A stretch of 51,413 nucleotides of DNA from Deltaproteobacteria bacterium (GCA_026992735.1 JALWYO010000077.1:1-51413); one strand, 5' to 3'; shown: positions 30,301-39,433, counted from the stretch's first letter. Made by a program: numbers and translations. The notes: generated from the letters alone by a model not told the origin.

Positions 30301-30558
30301 CCTGTTCCTGTCCCGGCAGGTCATCTGCATTACAGGTTCGACACCCTCCGCTAATGCTGCCAGCCCCGCTGTGAGACTGGACATCCTGACAATGGCTGTC
30401 TGGCAGTCTGTTATATTGACTGCATCCACATGGCCCTTAAGAATCCTGGCCTTTTTTCTAACCAGCCCCAGGTCACCGCTCTTTGGCGGCCCCAGTTCCC
30501 CTGTGACCGCAAAGGCACCTGAGCGCAATACATTTTCTAGATTGCTTCCTGCTTTCAC
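27343..30558 (-). CDS. acsD: Fusion: methylene-THF reductase MetF - coiled coil / Pro-Ala-Glu linkers / two TPR units - CFeSP small subunit AcsD
   Basis: N-terminal ~305 aa MetF ('AVNITD', 'QMTCRDRNR', 'LCLTGDH', 'GADFVQTQ'); C-terminal ~310 aa AcsD ('VGGETALPFY', 'PIDVNLAKQLN', 'GYGLEYTYSVMERIR', 'MRHP'). GTG start overlaps the metV stop, GGAGG RBS. Confidence 0.93.
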   Translation of the reverse strand: MKAGSNLENVLRSGAFAVTGELGPPKSGDLGLVRKKARILKGHVDAVNITDCQTAIVRMSSLTAGLAALAEGVEPVMQMTCRDRNRIGMQADILGAAALGIKNLLCLTGDHQKFGNHPQSKGVFDMDSIQLLQMVRGMRDDRAFQCGEEIKGNEPRLFLGCAANPFADPFEFRPVRLAKKVSAGADFVQTQIIYNVEKFARFMEMVRDLGVHEKCYILAGVTPPKSLGMARYMKKFVPGLDVTDDVLSRLSDASDQREEGINICVDIIKQVQDIPGVAGVHVMAIEWEEAVPEIVKRAGLSNRPDPKGIEPVLSSSQSIEKAVEDARKEIRIELEEELERAKTEAQASRELVIKEKEKIASEISDLKKQVEEARTMASRKEAEVQKLTAEIEMAKKELEAKQAAAPSAPVPEPQPPAAPPVPGPAGPLTGREQRVLESLNLGLEALKTVLGLDDTQFEALRRFLEAEFMLQFGQAPVPVTPSAPAPPAPGPAEPQPAGPVPEAAPAPPEAEALVEEPVKPEKPARNKEVVNLVAKGNLALHSGDYNGAIEAFEQALGIDPEDAKAKAGLAEAKAALEKAISAVQPSESEESEGLLPPCPEGVDETWWKEKWIIRYTARGNVAMMNGDYEKAVVEFEKALSLDPENGKAKDGLNRAKNKEGIRIPEAAGAPSVEEEKTPEPAAAPAEEEEEEKEEEAEAAPAEEKPAKPEKAAEEEKKEKPAPEPKAPKVEISAPAGEGVSDLSVTPLAKDEPPLSERAGDIPEDVYMESCSGMIQSVMLGDGENAFSVGGETALPFYNFEGDMPNPPRVAFEVLDSEPEEWPDVLTKYFSDCLSDPAEWARKCVEQYNAKSICLSLVSTDPNGADASPAEAAEVAERVVEAVDVPIILWGCGNAEKDTETLREVTGRIGDKKVCLGPLSDANYRTLGATAMAFQYPVVASTPIDVNLAKQLNILLENLGVHLDHILMDPSIGAVGYGLEYTYSVMERIRLAALTQQDDKLSCPFIVNLGREVWKAKETRLPSDGMLGDQERRGVLMEAITASALLLAGGELMVMRHPKAAALADALVEGML

Positions 30559-31223
30559 GGCAGCAAGTCCTCCCTGATTCTGCGACGCGGGCCGCCATGG
30601 CCTGCAGAGGTCCAGTCGCGAATTGGCATTATATTCTTCATCTCATCCGATCTGTTCAGCCCTGAAAGTTTGTCATATATCTGCTGCCAGATGCATGCAA
30701 CATCCGGATGGATCTCGCAACGTCCACCCTGAGAACCCCCGCACGGGCCATTGGAAAGGCTCTTGGCGCACCTTGCAACAGGGCAAAGCCCGCCGGTCAG
30801 ATGAAGCACGCATGCCCCACAGCCTGCGCACATTTCTTTCCACTCTCCACTGGACAGGTTGGCCCCGTAGAATGTGGTATCAAGGGCAGGCAACACGTTT
30901 ACCTTGTCGCAACGGTCTGCTATGAAATTCACACCTACTCCGCATGCCATGGAGAGCACTGCATCAAAATCTGCTGCATCCTGGTTGAGCGGGTCAATAT
31001 ATTCAGGATCGCACTGCCTGACTAATGTACGCTGCTCGATGTCTATTTTCTTGCCCCGCCTGGTAAGTCCGAGCTTCAGAGCTGATGCAAGGATTGCAAC
31101 CTCCTTGTCCCCACCTGCAGAACAGACCGCCACGCAACCCCTGCATCCAAGGATAAGAACACGGCTGCACCCATCTATCATTCCCAGAAGTTCTTTTAAT
31201 GTCTTTCTTTCAGCGATTATCAT
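30555..31223 (-). CDS. metV: Methylene-THF reductase Fe-S/Zn subunit MetV
   Basis: 'GCRGCVAVC', 'RQCDPE', 'ACGVGV', 'CAGCGAC', 'CPVARCAKSLSNGPCGG', 'CIWQQIY'; directly upstream of metF. Confidence 0.9.
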   Translation of the reverse strand: MIIAERKTLKELLGMIDGCSRVLILGCRGCVAVCSAGGDKEVAILASALKLGLTRRGKKIDIEQRTLVRQCDPEYIDPLNQDAADFDAVLSMACGVGVNFIADRCDKVNVLPALDTTFYGANLSSGEWKEMCAGCGACVLHLTGGLCPVARCAKSLSNGPCGGSQGGRCEIHPDVACIWQQIYDKLSGLNRSDEMKNIMPIRDWTSAGHGGPRRRIREDLLP

Positions 31224-31285
31224 GAAATTACCTCAAAAAAAACGCATGAATCCGTCTGTCATGAACAGCAGTCAATCTCTGCCTG

Positions 31286-31666
31286 CTAACCAGGCTGATC
31301 CTGCTCTGAAACCCTGGCAGCCATGAGTCTTGCAGCCTCCACAACAGGCTCTGTCTCGCCCCTTCCTGCATAAAACATCTCCACCAAAGCAGGATCCATA
31401 TCCAGCTCTTCAAGGATCTTTCTGGCCTGGCCCACTCTTTTGGAGGCCCTCCTGCTGCCTGAGAGGTTATGACATTTGTCAAGTTGACAGCCAACCACAA
31501 AGACGGCTTCAGCTCCCTCGGAAAAGGAATCGAGTATTTCCGGCACTTCCAGCCTGCCAGTGCACGGCAGCCTTTCAATCTCAACGTCTTCAGGAATAAG
31601 GCCTTCACTCCTCAATGCCTCAGGCTCCACACTCAGGGTATAATTGCAACAAAATCCCTTGATCAT
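31286..31666 (-). CDS. mvhD: MvhD/FlpD-family [2Fe-2S] subunit (all-Cys copy)
   Basis: 'GFCCNY', 'LPCTGRL', 'VFVVGCQLDKCHNLSG'. Confidence 0.85.
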   Translation of the reverse strand: MIKGFCCNYTLSVEPEALRSEGLIPEDVEIERLPCTGRLEVPEILDSFSEGAEAVFVVGCQLDKCHNLSGSRRASKRVGQARKILEELDMDPALVEMFYAGRGETEPVVEAARLMAARVSEQDQPG

Positions 31667-32214
31667 TTCAAAGCCCCCCTTGCTTCAGGTGACGGAGCAA
31701 GCTCTATGGCCTCTGCAGGACATTCCAGCACGCATATGCCACAGGCCCTGCACAGTTCCGGCTCTATGACCGCATAGCCCTCATCTGCGATTTTCGGTGC
31801 GCCAAAAGGGCAAAGCCTAACGCAAGTAAGGCATGCCACGCATTTCCCTCCATCCACAACTGCAAACTGCCCCAGGTGTTCCAGGCGTTCTGGATCCACT
31901 GATTTCCTCTTGACCGCTTCGTCCCGGAGGGCCTTTATCACGTCTGCACAGCGGACATCTTGAGGACATACCGGTATGCAACTCTGGCATTGGGAACATG
32001 CCCAGATGACATCCCCGTTTATCAGTGCCTCTTCCATCCCCAGGGCCACCATATGCACTATCTTGCGTGGGTCGAATTCATCGACCACCTTTTCCACAGG
32101 GCAGACGCCACTGCAGGAACCACAGCCATAGCAGAGGCTTACTGTCTCGCAGCCCTGGTAGGGAAATATCTCCTCCAGGAATTCCGGATTTAATCTTGAT
32201 GCCTGTAGAGTCAT
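31663..32214 (-). CDS. HdrC-like Fe-S protein with appended 2[4Fe-4S] ferredoxin domain
   Basis: Four CxxCxxCxxxCP motifs; HdrC-like 'CYGCGSCSGVCP..DPRKIV..IWACSQCQSCIPVCPQDV'. Confidence 0.85.
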   Translation of the reverse strand: MTLQASRLNPEFLEEIFPYQGCETVSLCYGCGSCSGVCPVEKVVDEFDPRKIVHMVALGMEEALINGDVIWACSQCQSCIPVCPQDVRCADVIKALRDEAVKRKSVDPERLEHLGQFAVVDGGKCVACLTCVRLCPFGAPKIADEGYAVIEPELCRACGICVLECPAEAIELAPSPEARGALK

Positions 32215-32243
32215 GAATCAGTTCCTATAATTATGTTCTACTT

Positions 32244-33044
32244 TCAGGAAGAAAGAGAAAAACTGTCTTTTTTCCGTGAAATCTGCCCTTTCTTCAACAT
32301 GGGGGCCAATATCTTTTCCAGTTCTTCTGCAGATGCACCTGTATCGCTGCAAAGCTTTTTGAGATCCGCAGGGCCTTCTTCCAAGATCATTCCAACCTCA
32401 GTAGCTATCCTCACCGACCTCATGGCAGGAAACACCTTTGCCTTCACACCCTTGGAAATAGCATCTCTGGAATAATCTCCTTCCTTTGCCATCTTCTTCG
32501 CAAGCTTTCCTAAAAGAGTGCGGGGCTTCCTGGCACCAGCGGCCTTAACGGCTGCCTTGAGCCTGCGGCCAACAACATCTGCAGGGATCTCGTCTGGGCC
32601 TGACCCCAACGGCCCCTTTTCCCTGATCCTGGACACATAGCCGGTTATGAGCTCTACGAACCTTGGAGCCTCTGCAGCAGATGCCCACTCCAGAGCCAGC
32701 CTTTCCCGGTCAACTCCACAGTCTTCCAGGAGCTGTCTTGCCGCCTCCGTTACTATCATAGCCTCGTAATTACCAGACTGGTAATGACATTCACCAAGGT
32801 GTCAGCCACCTGTAAACACACCATCAGCACCACACCGGAATGCCTCGATGACAAATCTGGCATCGATTCGGCCGGTGCACATCACCCTTATAACCCTGAC
32901 GTTGGGCGGATATTGATACCTGGAAACGCCTGCCGAGTCAGCTGCTGCATAACAGCACCAGTGGCAGAAAAAGCCCAGTATCTTGGGATCAAAACCCTCT
33001 TGGGTCATTTCATTCTCCTTTGTTACTGCGTTTTCCTTTGCCAT
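32244..33044 (-). CDS. mvhD: Selenocysteine-containing MvhD/FlpD subunit with C-terminal extension (266 aa)
   Basis: ORFs 32802-33044 and 32244-32759 are in frame through TGA 32802-04: '[20 protein letters not shown]' (canonical GCHxGxCHY); also '[11 protein letters not shown]', 'VMCTGR'. Confidence 0.92.
32769..32785 (-). promoter_or_regulatory. Candidate SECIS of mvhD
   Basis: AUUACC-AGUCU-GGUAAU perfect hairpin starting 16 nt after the UGA. Confidence 0.7.
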
Positions 33045-33050
33045 ACCGTA

Positions 33051-36000
33051 CTACCCCTCGTCACACTGCCGGCCGGAAAAGGCATGGATCTGAGCCATAA
33101 TGGCCTGGTCTGTAAAACCGCCCATGCTTATTGCTATGGTCGGACAATGGGATGCACAGATACCGCAACCCTTGCAGGAGGCTGTTATGGTCTGGGCCTT
33201 CTTCCTCTTGCCCACCTTGGAAAGCCTGATGGCATTGAACGGGCAGAGGCTCTCACATATGCCGCAGCCGATACAGGCATCCTGGTCAACATGAGATACG
33301 ATAGGAGCAACTGCGACCTTGCCCTTTGCAAGTGGTATGGTTGCCTTTGCTGCAGCAGCTTTTGCCTGGGCCACTGACTCCTCCAGGCTCTTGGGACCAT
33401 GCGCCAGGCCGCACAGATAAACTCCATCAACTGCAATCTCCACCGGCCTGAGCTTTGCGTGGGCCTCCAGAAAAAAACCTTCAGGAGTAAGGGGTGCCTT
33501 TAGAATCTTCGAAAGCTCCTGATTGTCTCCAGGCGCAATGCCTGCTGAAAGCACGACAAGATTGGCAGGTATCTCTATTTCCTCGCCGAGGAGCCTGTCA
33601 AAGGCCCTTACCTTGATCCCCCTCGCCTGCTTGATGACCTGCGGCTTTTTGTCAGTGCTGTATCTCAGGAAGATGACACCTTTTTCCCTGGCCTCCCGGT
33701 ACGCATCCTCATGGAAGCCGTATGTCCTCATGTCTCTGTAAAGGATATATATCCTGCAGTCAGGTTTGAGCTCCTTAAGCTTAAGGGCATTCTTCACCGC
33801 CTGGGTGCAGCACAACCTGCTGCAATGGCTCATATCATCGCCCCTAGAGCCCACGCACTGGATCATGACTATATTGCGGGCATTCTTCAGGAAGCTCTTT
33901 CCCCTTGCAAGCTTTTCTTCCAGTTCCAGCTGGGTGACTATCCTCGTGCTTTCGCCATAGGCATAAGATCTGGGTTTGTATTCCCTGGCTCCTGTGGCAA
34001 TAACGGTTACTCCGTGGTTGATGAGCCTGTTCTTCTTTCCCTGGCTTACAGTACTGGTAAAATTGCCCACGTAACCTGAAATAGCCTCAACGGTGGAGCC
34101 TGTAAGCACCTCTATTCCCGGGTGAGATTCCACGCTGGAAATCATATCTTCCATGACCTTCCTGGCGTCCTGGCCGTCCGTGGTCCACTGAAGCCGTCTC
34201 AGGTTTCCACCAAGATGCCTGGATTTTTCCACGATAGTCACGCTGTAACCCTGGTCTGCAATGGAAAGCGCTGCCGACATGCCGGCAGCCCCGCCACCAA
34301 GAACAAGGGCGCCCGGGGTCACGTCCACGGTGGGCTGTTCAAGAGGCGTAAGCAACCTGGCCTTGGCCGCTGCCATTCTCACCAGATCTTTGGCCTTTTC
34401 TGTTGCTGCCTCAGGCTCCTGTGCATGTACCCAGGCACATTGGTCACGAATATTTGCCATCTCCACCAACGCAGGATTCAGGCCTACAGAACGAAGAGTC
34501 TCCTGAAACAGGGGTTCATGGGTCCTTGGCGAACAGGCGGCAATAACTACCCGGTTCAGATTATTGTCTCTTATCTTCTCGGCTATACCTTTGAGTGCAT
34601 CCTGGGAACAGGAATATAGAGGATCTTCATAAAGCACCACCCCTGGAAGGCTTGCCGCATAATCGCGCACTGCCTTGACATCTACTACACCGGCAATATT
34701 CACGCCGCAGTGACAGACAAAGATGCCGATTCTCGGCTCCTGTTCCTCAAGGGCCTTGTTTTCTTCCGGATAGGTAATGCTTACTGTCTGGGAATTTCTT
34801 GCCTCTGCAAGAAGCTCAGAGGCAATGGCAGCGACACCCGATGCCTGGGTAACGCTCTCTGGAATATCCTTGGGCCCCTGGAAGGCCCCTGCTACGAATA
34901 CACCGTCCCTGGAGGTAGAGAGGGGAGAATCAACCCTGGTGCTGCAGAAATTATAGTTATTGAGTTTAATATCGGCTATCTTGGAAAGAGCCTCGGCATC
35001 CTCGGGAGACTCAAGCCCCACAGACAGGACAACCATGTCGAAGATACCGGAATGATGCTTCCCGTCATCCGTGGTCCAGGTAAGAGCAAGCCTGCCATCC
35101 ACCTGGTCCACCCTGGGCACCCTGGCCCTTATCACATTTATGCCGTACTTTTCCTGGGCGCGTTTCCTGGCATCGTCAAAGCCCTTGCCCTGCGTTCGGA
35201 CATCCATGAAAAATATGGACACGTCGAGGTCCGGCTCGTGCTCCTTGGCAACAGACGCCTCCTTGATAGCATACATGCAGCAGACCGAAGAGCAGTAACC
35301 GTTGCCGCACGTCTCGTCCCTGGAACCTATGCACTGGAGAAACGCAATTTTTCTCGGAGGCCTGTTGTCAGACGGCCTGACTATGTGTCCTTCAGTTGGG
35401 CCTGATGCACATGTGAGACGCTCGAATTCAAAGGCTGTCAACACGTCTGGATATTTACCGTAACCAAATTTTTCCAGCACGGAACTATCCACCCTGCCAA
35501 AACCAGGGGTGAGCACAACAGCACCTACTTCCAGCTCCAGGTTCTTGGGTTTCTGGCTGAAATCTATGGCCCCTGCAGTACAGGTCTGGGCACACAGATT
35601 ACACGTCTCGAAATTCACCCTGAGACATGCCTTTGCATCTATGTAATAACTGGATGGAATTGCCTGGGCATAATCGATATGCGGCGCCCTGGTAATCTCA
35701 AGCCTTTCGTTGTATGCATCAACCACGGGCCTGGGACAATACATGGTACACATGCCGCAGGCAGTACACAGATCTTCGTTTATATACCTGGGCTCCTGGA
35801 ATACCCTGGCCTTGAACTGCCCTGGTTTGCCCTCAAGCCCCTCCAGCCTGGCATTGGTAAGGATTTCTATGTTTGGAGACCGACCGGCCTCTACCAGCTT
35901 TGGCGCCAGGATTCACAACGCGCAATCATTGGTGGGAAAGGTCTTGTCGAGCTGGGCCATGACCCCGCCTATGGAGGCCTTCTTTTCCACTATGTAAACA

Positions 36001-36086
36001 TAGTAGCCCAGGTCGGCAAGATCCAGTGCAGCCTGAACTCCAGCCACACCGCCGCCGAGGACCATTATCGCACCGCTTTTAGCCAT
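33051..36086 (-). CDS. hdrA: Selenocysteine-containing HdrA-family flavoprotein with two FAD modules (1011 aa)
   Basis: Extends upstream of the tracked ORF: ATG 36086 '[16 protein letters not shown]...[19 protein letters not shown]' with TGA 35913-15 in frame; 'QCIGSRD..YCSSVCC', 'IGIFVCHCG', second 'LGGGAAG', 'QCVGSR..CSRLCC', C-terminal ferredoxin. Confidence 0.92.
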
Positions 36087-36152
36087 TCTTGCTACTCCAA
36101 ATAGTTGTTGTTTTCACCTTGAAGATTCACGCTGCCACATAATTCATCCGGT

Positions 36153-38147
36153 CTAATGGCCGCCTGGAGAGCACCCCATTCCAGGGATACTGGAACCAAG
36201 CTCCCGGCGCATGGCCATGTCGAACAGCACGCGCTCTTTCTTCTTGTCCAGGCCAAGGGCCTGCCTTCTCGCATCGATCTTGTCGATCATCTTGTTGGCA
36301 AACTCGTTGGCTGTTACAGCAAGATCCCATGAGCCGCCATATATCTCATTCATCTCGTTGAAACAGAAATCTGTCACTTTCTTCGAGCCCGTTGTGGGGA
36401 AACTCGGGCCAAATACTACATATGCACCACTTGAGACAAAATACTGCCCGATGGACACGGCCTTCTCACTCATCCACTGTGGAGCGCAGCCCACAACCGG
36501 AATCTCGCTTATATCACTGCCGAGCCCACCCGTATGAACCATCTCGGTAGCTGCAATCAAGAGCCTGCTATTGTCCACGCAAGAACCCATGTGAAGGACA
36601 GGTGGACAGCCCACGGCCTCTAACACCTCTTTAAGGCCATCGCCTGCCATTTCCTTGGCCTCTGGAGAAAGAAGCCCGGCACGGCCCATGCCTGTTGCAG
36701 CGCAGCCGGTGACAAGAACCAATACATTGTTTGCTATGAGTTCCTTGGCCAGTTCAACGTGAACCTCGTCCATGACCCTGAAATTGTCACAGCCAACGAT
36801 GGCGGCAACCCCCCTGATCCTGCCGTTGACAATATTGTCGTTCAGGGGTTTGTAGGAAGCCCTGAAACGGCCTCCCAGGATATAGTTTATGGTCTCGTGA
36901 CTGAAACCAGCCACCACATCCATTTCATGAACAGGGATAAAATGCTTGCCTCTTTCAGGAAACTTGGCAATAGCGCGCTTGAGGATGTCCTTTGCCACGT
37001 CCATGGCATTGTGTTCCTCAAACGGGATATGAGTGGCACCTGTTATCTTGGCCTTGTCAGAAGTAGTAAAAAGAGAAGTATGGTAATTGCTGGACACCGG
37101 CGAGACGCCCTGCATAATGCACTGAACATCAACCACCATGGCCTCTACCGCACCGGTTGCCAGGACTACTTCCTGCTGGACAAAGCTTCCTGCAATTGGG
37201 AGCCCTCTTCTCATGAGGATTTCATTGCCAGTACAGCATACGCCTGCCAGGTTGACCCCCTTGGCGCCCACTTTCTTGCATTCTGCCACTATTTCTGGAT
37301 CATTGGCAGCCATGGCCAGGGCCTCGGCAAGAACAGGCTCATGCCCGTGAACCGTGACGTTTACCTCTTTCTCTTTAAGAACACCGATATTTACCTTGCT
37401 CCGTATGGGAACCGGGGTGCCGAACATGATGTCTGAAAGCTCGGTAGCTATCATGGATGCACCCCACCCATCTGCAAGGGCACAGCGGGCAGCATGCTGC
37501 AGGATATGTTCGTAGTGCTGGTCCACACCCATGTGGGTCCGGTGCATCATTTCCACCACTTCCCTGTCAACACCTCTGGGGGCAACACCCTGCTTTTCCC
37601 ACAGCTCCTGCCTGGGTGCAGGTGCCCTTTTGATAAAAGATAGCACTCCTTCCTGCTGGCCGAATTCTGCCACCATCTTTTCTCCCACTTCGATGGCAAG
37701 ATCGGTCTTCGACTTCTCTCCAGGATCTATACCTATGCGAAGCGCAGTTTCCCTGAGCTTCATGCCGTCTTTTATTTCGTAAGGGGTCTCACCCTTTGCG
37801 GTTGCCAGAAATGCCAGGGCAACACCACGGCCGTGATCCATGTGGGCAGCAGCGCCACCTGCGACTATCCTGGCAAAATTCCTTGCTGCCACAGTAGCGG
37901 CATCAGCCCCGCATACTCCCTTCATGGAATCGACGCCTTCAATTATCTGGCATGGACCCATGTTGCAGTTTCTGCAACAGGTGCCGCCCTTTCCAAAGAG
38001 ACAGGGCTCTATGCTCCTGTCCTGGACCCTGTGGGCAGCGGTTATAACTCCTTCAGAGCATGAATTGCACAGGACTTCCCGGTTTGCCTCACACTGGATG
38101 CCGGGACATCCGCCATTGCCCTTATCAAATCTCTTGCTGGTATCCAT
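36153..38147 (-). CDS. cooS: Anaerobic Ni,Fe carbon-monoxide dehydrogenase catalytic subunit (AcsA/CooS)
   Basis: 'CCRNCNMGPC', 'AAAHMDHGR', 'VHGHEP', 'GVCCTGNE', 'VDVQCIM', 'HMGSCVDNSR', 'WMSEKA'. Confidence 0.97.
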   Translation of the reverse strand: MDTSKRFDKGNGGCPGIQCEANREVLCNSCSEGVITAAHRVQDRSIEPCLFGKGGTCCRNCNMGPCQIIEGVDSMKGVCGADAATVAARNFARIVAGGAAAHMDHGRGVALAFLATAKGETPYEIKDGMKLRETALRIGIDPGEKSKTDLAIEVGEKMVAEFGQQEGVLSFIKRAPAPRQELWEKQGVAPRGVDREVVEMMHRTHMGVDQHYEHILQHAARCALADGWGASMIATELSDIMFGTPVPIRSKVNIGVLKEKEVNVTVHGHEPVLAEALAMAANDPEIVAECKKVGAKGVNLAGVCCTGNEILMRRGLPIAGSFVQQEVVLATGAVEAMVVDVQCIMQGVSPVSSNYHTSLFTTSDKAKITGATHIPFEEHNAMDVAKDILKRAIAKFPERGKHFIPVHEMDVVAGFSHETINYILGGRFRASYKPLNDNIVNGRIRGVAAIVGCDNFRVMDEVHVELAKELIANNVLVLVTGCAATGMGRAGLLSPEAKEMAGDGLKEVLEAVGCPPVLHMGSCVDNSRLLIAATEMVHTGGLGSDISEIPVVGCAPQWMSEKAVSIGQYFVSSGAYVVFGPSFPTTGSKKVTDFCFNEMNEIYGGSWDLAVTANEFANKMIDKIDARRQALGLDKKKERVLFDMAMRRELGSSIPGMGCSPGGH

Positions 38148-38163
38148 CTGTCATGAATCTCCT

Positions 38164-39051
38164 TTATGCGAGACCGGCAAACTGTTTTGCGGCCTGAACC
38201 GTATTCTTCATCAGCATGGTAATGGTCATGGGACCAACACCGCCTGGTACCGGAGTGATGGCAGCTGCCTTTTCCTTTATGGCATCAAAATCCACGTCTC
38301 CACAGAGAATGGCCTTGCCTTCAGGGGTCTTTCCAATCCTGTTCACACCCACATCGATCACCACCACGCCTTCCTTGACCATGTCCGCTGTAATGACCTT
38401 GGGCCTGCCTGCAGCAACGATAAGGATATCCGCCCTCCTAGTGTGAAAAGCCATGTCCCTGGTTCTTGTATGGCAGACAGTAACAGTGGCATTTCCGCCT
38501 TCACGCTTCTGGATCATGAGATTGGCAATAGGCTTCCCAACTATGTTGCTCCTGCCCACAACCACCACTTCTGCCCCGCTGGTCTCTGTACCCGATCGTA
38601 TCAGCATTTCCAGTATTCCATGAGGCGTACAGGGAAGAAAACATTGTTCTCCTATGACCATTTTACCTACGTTTACCGGGTGAAAGCCATCCACATCCTT
38701 GTCTGGAGAGATGGCATAGAGAACCTTGCCCTCATTTATATGTTTCGGGAGAGGCAGCTGTACCAATATACCGTGGATACTGGTATCCTGATTATATTTT
38801 TCAATGAGGCTCAAGAGATCATCTTCTGAAATATCTTCAGGCTGGTTGTCCTGAACAGAATGGAAGCCAAGATCGTGCGCCGTTCTCTGCTTGGCAGTTA
38901 CATATGAAACAGAGGCGGGATTTTCTCCTACCAGGATGGTAACAAGCCCTGGCGTCACACCATGCTTTTCCTTGAGTTCCTGGACCTCATCTTTTAGTTC
39001 AGCCCTGATCTGTTTTGCTATTTCAATTCCGCTGATGATCTTTGCCGACAT
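38164..39051 (-). CDS. folD: Methylene-THF dehydrogenase / cyclohydrolase
   Basis: 'GILVQLPLP', 'KDVDGFHP', 'PCTPHG', 'GRSNIVGKP', 'TPVPGGVGPMT'. Confidence 0.98.
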   Translation of the reverse strand: MSAKIISGIEIAKQIRAELKDEVQELKEKHGVTPGLVTILVGENPASVSYVTAKQRTAHDLGFHSVQDNQPEDISEDDLLSLIEKYNQDTSIHGILVQLPLPKHINEGKVLYAISPDKDVDGFHPVNVGKMVIGEQCFLPCTPHGILEMLIRSGTETSGAEVVVVGRSNIVGKPIANLMIQKREGGNATVTVCHTRTRDMAFHTRRADILIVAAGRPKVITADMVKEGVVVIDVGVNRIGKTPEGKAILCGDVDFDAIKEKAAAITPVPGGVGPMTITMLMKNTVQAAKQFAGLA

Positions 39052-39378
39052 GACTCCTCCTGTCTAAATCCTGTCTTTAAAATTTCCCCCTAAACGGGCG
39101 GGGCCACCCAGGACTCTATGAACACAAGCAAAAAACGGGCCTACATAGACCAATCCGTACCATAAAAATAGCTTTGGCACATAATATATTAATATATCAG
39201 AAAAAATTTATTTAAAAACGTGGCACCAACATTAAAAAAATGCCACCAAAACCGCGGTGGGGAAAACTGACTCAGACACGATACACATCTCCCCACCAGG
39301 ACAAACAGCCTAATCATAAAAAGGTTGCACTAAAACAGGAAATGGCAGCTTACCTGCAAATTATCTCGCACACCAAAT

Positions 39379-39413
39379 GCAAAGGCCGCAAGGACAATCC
39401 CTGCGGCCTTTGC
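39379..39413 (-). terminator. Strong hairpin after fhs (probable terminator or stabiliser)
   Basis: 12-bp IR GCAAAGGCCGCA / TGCGGCCTTTGC, 20 nt past the stop; U tract weak. Confidence 0.55.
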
Positions 39414-39433
39414 CGAAACAACATTTATAATAA

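Noticed and set aside
32802-32804. mvhD as two small ORFs (80 and 171 aa)
   Set aside because: In-frame TGA at a conserved Cys ligand with a downstream hairpin; one selenoprotein is more parsimonious.
35754-36086. Apparent intergenic gap or + strand ORFs between cooS and hdrA
   Set aside because: It encodes the HdrA N-terminus in frame across TGA 35913-15.
39175-39246. TGGCAC/TGGCAT words as sigma-54 promoters for folD
   Set aside because: None has TTGC at the required GG-N10-GC spacing, and two face away from folD.
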